NCBI GenBank assembly: GCA_031835245.2
Contig: JAVKOQ020000033.1
Location: forward strand, 124,001-188,000
Source: Balamuthia mandrillaris
Lineage: Eukaryota
DNA length: 64,000 nt
Direction: 5' to 3'
Every line of letters starts with the position of its first letter. Position 1 is the first letter of the stretch. The notes below the pieces were generated by a model that was not told the origin of the DNA, did no database searches, and worked only from the letters and a program-made list of their open reading frames with translations. Below are positions 13,301 to 26,043 of the stretch, piece by piece. A program made the translations under genes and the position numbers.

Positions 13301-14969
13301 GCACTTTTGATGGTGGAAACGATTGCACATAGGCTGGGGGAAAAGAAACAATGAGCAATCAGTTTCACTGATTTCAATAAATAATATAAGAAGCATGTCA
13401 AACCTTTTTCGGGAGCAATGTCCTTACGGTTGATGTCCCCAACCATGTAGCCTGTGTTGCTCCAATACCCTTTTGCGGCGTCGTCTTGGTAATACAGTCG
13501 AAACCTTCGTCCGGCCTAATTGAGCACAAAGGTCGAGGATGGGAGGAGAGGGAGGGAGAGTTAGAAAAAACTAACGAAAGAGAACAAAAATATGATCAAT
13601 ATTTTGGCAATACCTCAAGAAGAAATCTTGCTTTGGCAATGTCTCGGTCTTGAGGTTGGATTCTCCACCCTATGCGTGAGCGTTCTGTACTGATAGTAAG
13701 TTGGAAGCCTCTTCCTTGTGGCTTGGAGCTTTGATGTACATAGCCTTCAAGCCTAGCTGAAATGTTGCTCACAAGAATGATAGCATCACCCGCTCTCACC
13801 TTCAGCCATGTATCACAAATGAGAACGAAAACATGAACAACCAAGAATAGCCAAAACGAGGATGGCAACGAAATAAGAAAGCAGCACGAACCTTTTTGCC
13901 CATCTTAGTTCTGTCTTCCCGAGGCTGGATAGTGTACCAACAGTTCTTGCTGCCATTTTCCAAAGATATAACAAAAGAAAGACTTCCTCTTTTTGCCAGT
14001 GCCTTGCTCTCATCGTCCTGTTGCCCAGGAACTACACCAGGGTTTAAGATGACAGACATCTTCTTCACGAGTGGAGGAATGATGGCCCTTGAACCTCTTG
14101 GGTTCAATTTGTTGCCTCCTCCTAATCCTGTTGGAGAACCCGCTCCTCCTAATCCTCCAGTTCCTTTTCGAACCTGGGTTCGCGATGGATGGATGGCGGA
14201 GGGTGAAAAGTGGCTTGAGGCAGAGTTCTCCCCCGTGGGAAGACCTCTGATGGTAGGGATGGCTTTAGTGGAGAGATATTTCTGCGTTGCCACATGACGA
14301 AACTGGACGGTTTGACCATAGGTCAGGACCGTTCGGTTCTTGGCTTCAAGATTGACCGCTTCTTGTTGCATTTGTTCTCTTTTGGCTTGCTGGAAGGTTT
14401 TAAAGCAATAACATTTTTAAAACGACACTTAAGAGAGAGAGAGAGAGAGAGAGAGAGATCACAGAAAGCAGAGCAAACGCAAAGCGTACCTCAAACGTTT
14501 TGATGGCTTTGTCAGAGAGTTGCCCTTTCTTAGCGCGAAGCTTGGTGGCCTTCATGAACTCATCTGCTTTGTAGTTGGTTCGTGGTACAATCTCAAAGAG
14601 CGCCTCTGTGAAGAAATATTTCAGGGTTTCATCTATAGAAACGTAGCAGACGAGATTGACAACAATAAAAGCATGAAGTATTTGTTTTAAAAAAAAATAA
14701 GGTTACCTTGTGGATGCTTCTTTTTGAATGTCTTAACAGAGAGTCGATTCACATCCCTTTAAATGAATACAAGGGTGAGAAAAAAAACCAAACAAACAAA
14801 CCAATCGCGATGGAAAGTCAGCCGCACAACGGAAAACGCACTTTTCGGTAGAGATGCAGCTCTCGTCATCTTCCTCTGCAAAGAGAACCACCACATCGCC
14901 CACATAGACGTGCTCCTTTTCCTCTTCGCCCTTCTTCCTCTTCTTGACCTCTCGGTCAAGCTCCTCCAT
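1342..14969 (-). CDS. ITPR: Inositol 1,4,5-trisphosphate receptor-like (IP3R/RyR family) intracellular channel, multi-exon
   Basis: Motifs in order: N-terminal 'VYVGDVVVLFAEE', MIR-like 'LTYGQTVQFRHVATQKYLS', RIH-associated-like 'IFETLQRFVEGCTLNRDCVV', pore helix 'CDTVLECLVTNLQLG', S6 'ILLNIVLAIIVDTFG(E)LR', zinc finger 'CFICSL...HTQTEHNFWHY' and 'SFFPIERSQA' followed by a coiled coil. The last exon is inferred (stop at 1342-1344). Confidence 0.88.
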
Positions 14970-15388
14970 CCTTGTTGTTATACTTTTTCCTCCTTTCGGC
15001 CGGGGAGGGGCGGCGTCCCTTTTCCGTTTGTCTTTCTTGTCAAAACCTCCTTTCCTTTATTATTATTACCTTACGATAATTTTATCGCGATTATCCTCAG
15101 ATTGGCAATACCGCGTCGTCATGATTTACGGAAAACATTTTCTGTGTCGACATGGGATCACCAACTTGAAAAAAAAAAAAAGAAAAACACAAGAGAGAAT
15201 GGGAAAATGCGGATGGAATGCGACGAAAGCTGAGCGCCAATCGACCGATAAGACTGATGATAGAGCCCGAGCGACGACGCGCACAACCGTGCCTCTTGGG
15301 CAAAAACTATTTAAAGGAAAGACAGACAAACAAATAGAGTAGCAAATAACAAAAACAAACCACGATAGAAGACCGCCGCTAGCATACA

Positions 15389-15667
15389 ATGGAGCACATA
15401 CCAACTGGCGGAGTGGGAGACGTGGGCAAAGCCAGAGAGGCCCTCGCTAGGAAGAACAAGGACACCGCACCGGATACCAGCGGCGGACCTGGGGAGGAAG
15501 GCCCCAAAGAAATGACCTACAAGTCCGACCAAGGCGGCTACTTCACCGGCGCCGGAGGGCAGAGCCTCGGCCCAGAGGAAACCTCCAAGTCCGACAAGAA
15601 CCTTCAAGAAAAGAACTTGAACCAACAACAACAACAAAGCGCAACAGGCAAAGGCACTTCCACATAA
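15389..15667 (+). CDS. Small hydrophilic hypothetical protein (92 aa, intronless)
   Basis: Clean ATG-TAA ORF with coding-like composition, a TATA-like CTATTTAAA at ~15307 and AATAAA downstream at ~15691. No recognisable domain. Confidence 0.6.
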   Translation: MEHIPTGGVGDVGKAREALARKNKDTAPDTSGGPGEEGPKEMTYKSDQGGYFTGAGGQSLGPEETSKSDKNLQEKNLNQQQQQSATGKGTST

Positions 15668-15748
15668 ATCACAGCATGCACACATACAGCAATAAAAAGT
15701 GGAATGGATTGCACAAAAAAAAAAGTGGAAGAAGAAGAAGGATTTGTT

Positions 15749-16024
15749 TCACCGGTTTGATTCAGCGTCTTCTTTGTCGCTCAGTGCGGGGACTTGTTTG
15801 CTCCAGTCGTACTTGCGAGTGATCTGTCCTTTGCGGCAGCGCGCCAGCTCCTTCCTAAGGTCGATGCACCTAGCGCCGAGCTCGGCCTCGTCATCGCTCA
15901 CCCGACACTGATGAAAGGTCTTGCCGCCGCCGGCCTCCATGCAAGGGCTGCTCCTCACGCATCGAATGAACGCCTCGCGCAGGTCTTCGCAGTTGAACTT
16001 TCTGGCCGTTCCACCGCTTTGCAT
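15749..16024 (-). CDS. COA5: Cytochrome c oxidase assembly factor COA5/Pet191-like twin CX9C protein
   Basis: 'CEDLREAFIRCVRSSPCM...C...CIDLRKELARCRKGQI' matches the Pet191 cysteine spacing (CX9C-x-x-SPC ... CX9C-K/R-R/K-G). Confidence 0.75.
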   Translation of the reverse strand: MQSGGTARKFNCEDLREAFIRCVRSSPCMEAGGGKTFHQCRVSDDEAELGARCIDLRKELARCRKGQITRKYDWSKQVPALSDKEDAESNR

Positions 16025-16451
16025 GCTTTTCCTTTTTTTCCTCTGAAGAGGTTCCAAGGGTAAGGGCAGAAAAAGTGTCCGTGTCGACTAACGTGGATAC
16101 GGGCAGCCCTTAGTGGACACGACGTCTGCCTTATTTGGACAGTTGGTTTGCAGGGACTGCATTAGACAGAAAATGGCCGCCTAGAAAGAGCAAGGAGTAC
16201 CTAAGATATGCCTGAAAAGAAATGGCAAGGGAAAAAAGGGCAGCAAAAAAGTCCTTGCGCTTCCCTGCTACTTTTAGCGGGGAAAATTAGTGTCGACAAG
16301 GACCACCGCCAGACCCAACCATTGCGCGTTGGTCATATACATTATTTTACTGTAAGATGGTGGTTATCGGTGACTCTTAAGAGGATTGGTAGAAAGCGGT
16401 TAATGTCTGGGCTTTGGAAGGCACTTTACAAGGGATGCACACAAGAGAATG

Positions 16452-17120
16452 TTATAGTGCGAACAATCCTACTTTGTGAACGATGACAGCCAGTATTAGC
16501 ATCGCAAGGAAGAGGATGACCTTGTCAAAGGTAGACACTATGCGTAGAGGGTTCTCATCTATGGGAGAGGCTGCTGCGATTGCTTGTTGTGGTTGACGCT
16601 GGTTGGTTGCTACTGTTCTTCGCAGGCGTGTAACTGAAGGACGAGAAGAAGAAGAAGAAGAAGAAGAAGAAGAAGAAGCTCGATGGTGTAGCCTTTGTTC
16701 ATAGTCATCCTCTTTCTCTTTGCCCTTATCTTTCGGCCGCACGTCACCTTTTGTCTCTTCTACATGATGGTCTCTCATCTCTTGTACGTCCACTTCCTCT
16801 TCATTCAAACCTCGCCTATGCAAGCTCTCTTCTGCTCTGTCACTTCCAAAACTTCCATCACTGCTACTGCTGGCACCGCCTTCGCCACTGTCTCCTCCTT
16901 CTCCTCCACCACAGCGAACACCCCCTTCGCTGACCCTTCCCCTCTGGTTTGGCTCTTCTTCAATGACTGGTCGAGGGAGGATGGGTTGTCCTGCTCCTGG
17001 GATGAGCTGCTGCATATCAGGGGCAGGCAGGAGCTGCGGGTTAGGTTGATTCAGTATGTTGTGCAGCACATGCGGCCGCAGCTGAAAGACCACGCGTGAG
17101 CACACACAGTAGGGGTCCAT
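16452..17120 (-). CDS. Hypothetical low-complexity protein with C-terminal transmembrane (tail) anchor
   Basis: Long ORF with a disordered S/E/G-rich body and a terminal hydrophobic helix 'VILFLAMLILAVIVHKV'. The start codon is uncertain. Confidence 0.5.
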   Translation of the reverse strand: MDPYCVCSRVVFQLRPHVLHNILNQPNPQLLPAPDMQQLIPGAGQPILPRPVIEEEPNQRGRVSEGGVRCGGGEGGDSGEGGASSSSDGSFGSDRAEESLHRRGLNEEEVDVQEMRDHHVEETKGDVRPKDKGKEKEDDYEQRLHHRASSSSSSSSSSSRPSVTRLRRTVATNQRQPQQAIAAASPIDENPLRIVSTFDKVILFLAMLILAVIVHKVGLFAL

Positions 17121-17482
17121 AGTAGCCCCAAGCACCAGAATGGCGAGAAGTAGACCTGGTTTCGCCTTCTTCACTTTTTTTTTGTCTCCGCGAACGAAAA
17201 GTTTCCCTTACTTACCGGTTATTTTGTCGACAATGATATCCTTTTATCGCATGTCGACGTTAAAAATATTCTTAGCATTCCATCCGCCTTAATCAATGAA
17301 ATTAAGTTGAGGGGTCTTGCTTTCAACACCCACCAAAAAAAAAGAGGCCGCAAAAATTTGGTGAGAAGAAGAGGAGACCGAAAGAGAGAGACGTCCTCCC
17401 TTTGATCGTTTTTTTTTTCTTGAAAGAAACACTTTAGGTTTTGTGAAGGGAAGAGTAACAAGAAAAGAAAAAAAAAAAAGTG

Positions 17483-19189
17483 ATGAAGCGGTTCGGTTCT
17501 CTTTCGTTGGTGAACGGCGGTATGGTTGCCGGCACTAGAAAATCTTCCTTGTCTTTGATGAGCACTTCTCACCGGGCCGCTGCGCTGCGTCTTGCTTCTT
17601 GCCCCTTTGTGCTTCCTGGGCGGAGAGGCTACGCCACCGAACCAAAGAAGGTTTGTTTTTTGGAGCTTTATCTTTTCACGCTTTTTTTTTAAAATTTTTT
17701 TGGGTGAGTATGAACTGGTTGCGGAACTCCAAAATAACTCCCGCTCTTTCTTCTTCTTCTCGGTAATCCATTAGTTGACCATGAGAGAGGCATTGAGGGA
17801 GGCATTGGCCGAAGAAATGGAACGTGACTCTCGTGTCGTTATCATGGGAGAGGAAGTAGGGCAGTACCAAGGAGCGTATAAGGTAAAAGACCGGCACACC
17901 GCTTTCATTTCTCGCTTTTCCTTTTTCTTTTCTTGTTCGCTTCCTCTTTGCTTTTTTGCTCCTCTCTCTCTCTCTCTCTCTCTCTCTGTACTCTTCTCTT
18001 TTGTTTTCCCTTTTTTTTTTGCTCTAGCTCTCTCCTACTCTTTTCACTCTTGCTGTTTTCTCTCCTTTGCTTTTTTACTGTCCTATCGCTCAATGTTTCA
18101 AAAACAAACAGGTCACCAAAGATCTGATGGATAAATTTGGACGAGACAGAGTGATAGATACTCCTATCACAGAAATGGGCTTTGCCGGCATCGGCGCTGG
18201 TGCTGCCCTGGGCGGCATTCTGCCCATTGTCGAGTTCATGACCTTTAACTTTGCCATGCAGGCCATCGATCAGATAGTCAACTCTGCTGCCAAGACCCGT
18301 TACATGTCAGGCGGAGCCTTGTCTTGCCCTGTCGTTTTTCGAGGTCCTAACGGCCCTCCTACCAGCGTCGGTATGTTTGACAAACCACCGTTTTGTGTTC
18401 TTCTTTCTCTCTTTCCTCTTCTCTCCCTTTCTCCCCTTTCTCTACCTCTCTTCAAAAAAAAAAAATTAACAAACACCTGCTTACCATTTTGAATAAAAGG
18501 CGCTCAACACTCTCAATGCTTCGCCTCGTGGTACGGCAACATCCCAGGCCTGCTCGTTCTCGCTCCCGCTGACTGCGACGACGCCAAAGGCCTGCTCAAG
18601 ACTGCCATCCGCAACCCCAACCCTGTGGTCTTTCTCGAAAACGAGCTGCTCTACAACACGACCTTTGACCTATCCCCTGAGGCTCAGAGCGCTGACTTTT
18701 TGATTCCCCCTGGCAAGGCTCAGGTGCGCAGGCAAGGTAAGCACGTCACTATCGCGACCTTCTCGCGCATGGTGACTGTCGCTATGGAGGCCGCCGAGAA
18801 GCTGAAACAGGAGGGTATCGAGGCGGAGGTCATCAACCTGAGGAGCATTCGTCCTTTGGATTTGAACACGCTGCTAACCTCTGTGAAGAAGACGAACCGC
18901 CTGGTCACTGTGGAGGAGGGCTATCCTCAATTTGGAGTTGGTGCTGAGCTCATCGCTGCTGTGAACGAACGTATGTTTTCTATCAAGCTTTCTTCTTGTA
19001 TGGTTTTGTGTTACTGACTTTTTTTTTGATTGACCCAAAGATGCATTTGACTGGTTGGATGCTGCGCCGGAGCGAGTAACAGGAGCTGACGTACCCATGC
19101 CCTACAGTCCTCCTTTGGAGGAGAAGGCCATGGTCTACTCTCACAACATTGTCAATGCTGTCAAGAGGACTCTCTACAGAAAGAAATAA
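17483..19189 (+). CDS. PDHB: Pyruvate dehydrogenase E1 beta subunit, mitochondrial
   Basis: An R/S-rich presequence is followed by '[31 protein letters not shown]', '[14 protein letters not shown]', '[21 protein letters not shown]', 'GAQHSQCF', '[12 protein letters not shown]' and '[11 protein letters not shown]'. Confidence 0.96.
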
Positions 19190-19364
19190 GTTATTCCGTT
19201 TTAATTTTTTCAAACAACTGCCTCTCCCTTCCTCCCTCCCTCCCTTCAACAACACCTCCAAGAGACAAGAAGAGGAGCCTCTCTCTCTGCTTCTCTCTCT
19301 CCTCTCTCTCCTCTCTTCTCTCCGTGGATCATTTGTGTCGACAAAACGGTTCAAGTCGACATGA

Positions 19365-19745
19365 TCACTCGTCTTGCGCACCAGTTTTGGCTTGGAGTTT
19401 TGCACAAAGGGAAGCGTGAAAGGCGTCGCGATAGCCAGGGCTTATTTGCATCAATAACGCTTGCATGGACTCGTAGATCTCTTCTTCTTCTGTCTCCACT
19501 CCATCCTTGTTTAAGATCTAAATCGTAGAAAGTAAGTTTTTAAATAAGCATGCGTTTTTCTTTTGAGGGATTACCCTGAAGCCACGAGTTGGAATGAGCT
19601 CAACGAGAAACGTGTTGTTCTCCAAGGTTCTAACGGTAACCCGTGACCGCAACTCGCTTGGCGCATCTTCCGAGACCCGGATAGAGTTCACACCAAAACT
19701 ATGTTCCTCAATAACTTTCTCCAGTTCTTCCTCCACAAACTCCAT
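19365..19745 (-). CDS. GSKIP: GSK3-beta interaction protein (GSKIP/DUF727)-like, 2 exons
   Basis: 'SFGVNSIRVSE...VTVRTLENNTFLVELIPTRGFR' splices to 'YESMQALLMQISPGYRDAFHASLCAKLQ', the typical GSKIP pattern. Confidence 0.8.
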
Positions 19746-20004
19746 TTTTCTTTTTTCTTTTTCTTTTCTTTGCAAAACACAAACAAAAAAAACTTTTTTT
19801 TAAAACAAATGCAGAGAGCCGATATACCGACTTACAAATAAAAATAGAAACAACAACAAAGCACCCATCCATCACTCTTCTCTCACCATGAACGATAATG
19901 GCTTCCTTGCTCTCAAAGGAAGAATTAAAAAAAAAAAAGAAAGAGAAAAGAGAAAGGGGGATGGGGAAGAAGAGAACATCAACCTCCCTTCCTGGCGCTT
20001 ACTT

Positions 20005-20402
20005 TCAAGCACGAAGGTTTGGCTGACTGGTCTCTCTGGAAGGCGAAGGCGAGATCCTCTTCTTGATGGCGGTGGCAGTGGTGGTGGAGCCGCGTTTGGG
20101 CTCAATGGCGTAACTGAGGGCATAGAGTCGACCTTCCTCCAACTTTGGCAAAGAGAAGAGCAACCACTTTTGCACGTTGTGATCCTCCTCGAGTTTGTTG
20201 TTGTTATAGCCAGTCTTTTGGAACTTGGAGATAAGGCTGAGAGCACGATACACCTTCCTTTGCTTGTTGAAGTTGATCATGGTGTTTTGGCCGCTGGCAT
20301 TGACTTTATTGGCATTGCCTTCCTCAATGAATGTCAAGTCTTGCATTATCAAACCCCTATTTTAGTAACAAAAAGTGTGAGAAAGAGCCGAAGAGCAGCA
20401 TC

Positions 20403-20446
<44 letters not shown>

Positions 20447-21450
20447 GTAGGGAATGGCAGGAGGATTGGTTTGAGCCAAGATCGAGCGGTAATTCTTGCA
20501 AGAGCCCTCCACGGAGAAGAGGGTATTAATCTCCTCTAAAGTGGCTTTGGCGTGTTGAGAAAGGGCTTGATGGGTCTTGCGGAGCCTGGCCAGAGCGCCA
20601 TGGTTGAACCCAGAGCAAAATGCCTGAAGGATGTGAAAGTTATTCAGCTTGCGGAGTTCTTCAGCGATTGTGAGGAAGTATTCAAAGGCTCTGACTCTCT
20701 TTTTCAACTTCTGGAGGTTAACAAGAAGGTAAGTTTCGGACCACTGTAAGATCACATGAAAGAAATTTGTGCTTATACAATACCTTTTGTATAAGAATGG
20801 AAGAGACAACTGCTTTGGAGACCTCATTGAAGAATTGGCAAATGGCTGTAAGATGTCTCTTCATATCTCCAAATAATTCACCTCTCTAAAACGTGATATT
20901 AGTAACAGAGAGAGAGAGAGAGAAGGAGAAGAGAAGAGAACGACAAAGAGAAAGAGAGAGAGAGAAGAGCTAAAGAGGGAGAGGGAAGGAGGTATGAACC
21001 TTAATTTCTTTAAACATGTTGAAGGTGATTAGAGTCAACTGTTGAGCAATGGCCTCTTCGCTGGCGTCGGGAATTTGGAAAACCGGATTATGCTCATCGA
21101 ATAACTCTTCGTCTTCCACGTAATCCGCCTACCACAAACAAAAAAAAAAAAATAAGAATAAGAATAAGGAAAACTAGAAAGAAAAACTGAATACAAAAAA
21201 TGTACCTCTGCATCAGGGTCGTGCTTCTCTGAAGGTCTAAAGTCCACAGGACATGAGAAGGAACGTGCTTTGCCTTCCATTATGTGAAAGACGTTAGCAT
21301 ACAAGCTCGCTGTTGCTGTGAAGGGTTTACAGCGAGAGAGACCGGGGCTTTTAATTTCATTAGTTGTTGAGACTGATTGTTGAGCAGAAGTGAACTCTCC
21401 TTCCTGATTTTGTCATGATTTAGTCACAAGATGGAAGAAAGCTGAAAAGC

Positions 21451-21501
<51 letters not shown>

Positions 21502-22870
21502 ATTACCATAGTCATCATCTTTTTAGTCTTACTGCAACTTTTAAGAGTTTCGATAAAACATTGACAAAGCAACGGATCTTCAAAGTCTTCCGGGTGTTCA
21601 TTCCCCCATACACGGAACAAGAATAGAATGCGTTTCTCTTTGGGGCTGGCTTCCTCGCATCCTGCAAAGGCATTAAGGAGTCTTGCGAGAACCTCCTCCG
21701 ATGAAGCAAAGTTTCGGTGTGTCGCAAAGAAGGCTTTAGTGAATTCCGGATCTAAATGCAAAGAACTCGTTTAGAAACAAAGCATACGAAGATGAAGGGC
21801 AAGAAGAAGGAACCATATAATCTGGCATTGATCATGTGGTCAATTAAACCAGACAAAGTGCCAGCTTTAACCAGGCGAGTCTTCTTGTGTCTTTCTCCAT
21901 CTTCGTTTTCATCATCTCTCTCAAACACAAGCTCTTTTTCGTCGTCCTCACTCTCGCCGGAATTTTCTTCTTCTTCCTCGCTGGTCCCTTTTTCATTCTC
22001 GCTCTCGTGCTCACCTTCACTCTCACTCTGGCTTTGTTGTGCATCCTCTTCGTTCTCTTGTTCCCCATCTTCCTTTTCTTCCTCTTTTTCCTTTTTGCGT
22101 TCGGCTGGCTTCTCTTCCTCCCTCCAAAGAGGTTTTCTTCGTCGCTCAGCAGCCGGCACAACGGATTCCACTCTTGCTTCCCAAAGTTGCAATAAGTTCA
22201 AGAATGGCAACGACGAGGCATTCGCCAATCTCTCTCGAAAGGCCTTTTCCTCTTCTTTCTCCTTCTCCTTTTCTCTTTGTTTCTGTTGCTGTAGAGTTTC
22301 TTCTTTGTTAGCTGGAGCGTCCTTTCCTTGTTGCAGTGGAGCTTCCTCCTCTGTCTGCCGTTCTTCTCGCCCTCCTCCTGCTTGTTCTTCGTCTTTCTTT
22401 CCTTTCATGTGTTTGTTCCACTGCTTCTTCACTTGTTGCTGCAGAGTGATCCTCTCAAGAGAGCGTTGGCTGCCCAGTCGTATTAACCGCAGTTTGCGTC
22501 GTGGCGTTTTGGCACTGCTGCTGCTCCCTTCGTCGTCCTTTCCACTCCCGTCGTCCTCTTCCTTGATATTTGGGAGGGAGTTCTTTCGAACAGAGAACGA
22601 GGAAGAGGAAGAAAACGAGGACGAGGAGGAGGGCTTGACCATCTCCCTCTTCTTCTCGATCCTGGGAAGCCTCCACGTGGGTAGCTCCACACAAGCAGCA
22701 CTGTTCCTCCTTCTAAACATGTTGCTGCTGCTGCTGCTGCTGCTGCTGTGTTCCAGCTTATGGGCCTTCCTGGTGGTCGTGACAGGGCTCCTCGTTGGGG
22801 TGGCAGCGGCGGCGCCAGCCGACATCATTAGATCTTCCGTTGCCGTTGACTTTGACGTGGGTGTTGTCAT
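20005..22870 (-). CDS. Ras guanine nucleotide exchange factor (REM + CDC25 domains)
   Basis: REM 'VKAGTLSGLIDHM...FTKAFFATHRNFASSEEVLARL', and CDC25 'IAEELRKLNNFH...LARLRKT', 'KNYRSIL...PPAIPY', 'QDLTFIEEGN...INFNKQRK'. Confidence 0.9.
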
Positions 22871-23629
22871 TTCGGTCTCTCCAATGTTTTTTTTTTTAAA
22901 ATTCGTCGTGTCTTTTTCGTTCTCAAACGAAAAAAAAAAAAACAATAGAAAATGAACCGATGTCCTTTTTCTCCCCCTTCTCCTCTCCCTCCTAATTTCT
23001 CTCTCTCTCTTCGTCTATGTGTTTGCGGTGGTTGTGGTATGTGACCAAAAGAGAAGAAGCTGTATGTTTCAGCACGTCTTTTTTTTTGAGGGGGGTGTCT
23101 CTCCTAAGCGTTTGTGTCCCTTCCCTCCTCCGTATTTTTTTTATTTTTTTGTGTGTGGGGTGGGGTGGAGGTGGGGTTGGGGTTGGGAGGAGTAAACGCG
23201 TTGTTCTCTCTCTCTCTCGTTCCTGTCATGCTTGTCATGGCCGCCAAATAGCAATCTATTAAATATTTAGCCCTATTATCGCTGTGCTCCTCCTCCCCTC
23301 TTTCCTTTGTCGCTCTCATCTCTATCTTTTCTTTTTAAGCTTATTTTTGTTTGGCATTTTGCTTGTGGTTTTTTTTTTTTGTTGGGGATTTTTTGTCGAC
23401 CATGATAATGTGGGGAAAATGATGTACTTTGTTTGAGGCACACATGATGTCTAAGGTTGTCTAGCGTTGAATATATGAGAACTATTTAAATTAGTTGGAC
23501 AAAATTTGTTCGAGAAGGTTTCCACGGGTAATATAGTTGAGTTATGCGAGCTATGCAGGAATGCTTCATTGCTTTTTTTTTTATTTGCTTTGCGCTTTTA
23601 GTGGAAACACAAGCTGACGAGGAAGAAGA

Positions 23630-24770
23630 ATGGAATCGCGGTTCAGTCGGCCCAACAACACCGCCGGCCTCTTGTCGATGGGCTTGATGGCTCTTGCGCT
23701 CCTCTCGATGGCTGTGTTTGTCCATGGGGAGCCCTTCCGGTTAGGCAGCTTCAACATTCAGCAAATGGGAGACACCAAGGTCCGTTAGCTATAATGGTTT
23801 TTTTTTACGATTGTTGTTGCAGACATTTTTTTAACCTCCCTTCTTCTTTTCTTCCACTCCATCTCCCTTCTCTGTACACACACAGATCCTTAGCGGCAGG
23901 GATGAAGTTGTGTACGTTACTCTTATATTTGTTTCTCGTCGCTTCTTTCTTTTTTAATTTTGTTTTTCAGGAACGTGATTGTTTCGACTTTGCTGCGTTT
24001 CGACATTATCTTCATTCAAGAGCTTCAGAACGGCCCCAATGACGCTTGCGGCCAATACACCGGGTATGCCTTCTTTACTTTTCGATTTTTGGTTCCCTAT
24101 TTTATTGCTTTTCTTTCTTTATTGCTTTTCTTGTTTCTTTTTATCGGTAGTTCCTTTCTTCTGCTTTATGCTTTCTTCCTTCGTTCTTCTTCTTTTTAGC
24201 TCTTTCCTGTTTCTGTTTGTATTTGTTTGTTTTCTCCTCAGTTAACAATAATATGCATTACATGCTATATTACTAATATAGGCCAGCCATATGCGCTTTA
24301 CTGGCAGCGATGAACGAGCTCTCCGACACTCCCTACGGCCTGAACGTAGGCCCACGCGCCAACGGCGTGGAGCAATACGCCATCCTCTACAAGGAGCACA
24401 TCTTCTCCGTCGAGGAGTCCTTCCCTTACTCCCCTGCAGAGACCTTTGCCAGAACTCCCCAGGTGGTACTGATGAAGCACAAACCCTCCGGCAACCAGTT
24501 TTGGAGCATCAACATCCACACCCAGCCCACCAAAGCGAGAGAGGAAATACAGGCACTTACCGACGTGGTTGCCAGCCTCTCCTTGGATGTTACTGACATG
24601 GTTGTTGTGTTGGGAGGTATGCTTGCTTGTTTTTTCTTCTTGCTTACAAGTTTTTTATTTGCTGACTTTAAACAAACACAAATAGATTTTAACTCTGATG
24701 GAAGTTACTTTAGCGAACGCAAGGGCTGGCCTTTGTTCTTTGCTGCCCTTGGGGACGGTTTGTTCTCTCG

Positions 24771-24811
<41 letters not shown>

Positions 24812-25978
24812 GTCGCTCTCTCCTTTCTCCTTATCATCTATGCTCTGCAAACATTGTGCTGACAAAACACAACAAAAAAAGGATGGATGAACGCAATACA
24901 CGACGATATGGACACAACGGTAGCTCACAGCGACAATACTTACGACCGGATCGTCCTTTCTCCTTCTTTGGCCGAAACCCTCATCCCCGACTCTGCTGCT
25001 GTATTCTACTATGACGATCCCTCGCAAGGAGGTTTCAGGTACTTATCCTCTCTTTCTCTCATCTCCATCTCCTTGTGTTTCACACCTTTCTTTCTCGTAT
25101 GTTTACTGACCGTTCTTTATCATCAGTATGAGCGCTATTCAGGAGGAGGGTTGTGCAAAGAAGTACATCTCTCAATGTCCAGCTACGGTCAACGAAGCCG
25201 CCAGCAAGGTATCCGATCACTATCCTGTGGAGGTCTTCCTTGACTTTGGAGGCTCCGCCGCCTCTTCCGGCTCATCCTCCAAGTCTAACGGTACTAACGA
25301 TCATGACCATCAAAAACAAGAAGGAGAGGATGATGAGCACCACCAACAAAGTGGTTCGTTTCTTTCTTTTCTTTTTTTCATTTTATCTTCTTCCTTCCTT
25401 TCTTTTAACGTTTCCTGTTGTACAACGAAGAAACGGGCTCGCATGACGACCATAGCAACGAAAGTGAGGACGCATTGGGCGTAGGCGCCATCGCCGGCAT
25501 CATTCTCTCCGTTCTCTTCGCTCTGGCCATTCTCTCCGCCGTAGCCGGCCTCGTGGCTCTTGTTTTACTTCGTCGCGCTCGACGAAGGCCGAGCGGTTAC
25601 TCCCCGTATGCCTTTTACAAGAAAGGAGACAGAAACGACAGTATTGATGTGGAATATGCAATGCAAGAGCTTTTGGAGCAGGAGGAACCACCAGCATGGG
25701 CTGCTCGCTCCAACTCGGTTCATCGCACATACGTCCCTCCACCCTCCTCTCCTCCTCCTCCTCGCCCCGAAGAGATCTACGACCATGAGGACACTTCTTC
25801 GCGTGCTCCCATTTCTTCCTCCTCCTCCTCCTCCTCCTCCTCCCAAGAAGAGAGCTCAGCAGCCGTGACAACGAAAAAGAAAGTGGGCGGCGCAGGTGGA
25901 GGTGGTGCCGGCATTGGCTTTGGTGTTCCTCTCCCTCCTCTCCCGCAACACCGACAACAAAACTACACTATGAATTAA
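23630..25978 (+). CDS. Deoxyribonuclease I-family (EEP) nuclease with signal peptide and C-terminal single-pass TM anchor
   Basis: 'RLGSFNIQQMGDTK', 'FDIIFIQE', 'EQYAILYK', 'TFARTP', 'INIHTQP', 'VVLGDFN', 'DTTV..DNTYDRIV' and 'VSDHYPVEV', then TM 'AIAGIILSVLFALAILSAVAGLVALVLL' followed by RRARRR. Confidence 0.88.
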
Positions 25979-26043
25979 TAATTAAAAAATAAACACATTT
26001 AGAATAAAAGGCACGAAAGGGCGAAAGAAAAAGCAACAAGGTC

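Noticed and set aside
21756..22955. 399-aa Ser-rich + strand ORF and similar antisense ORFs (e.g. 54843-55478)
   Set aside because: Antisense shadows of real minus-strand genes with low-complexity or biased codons.
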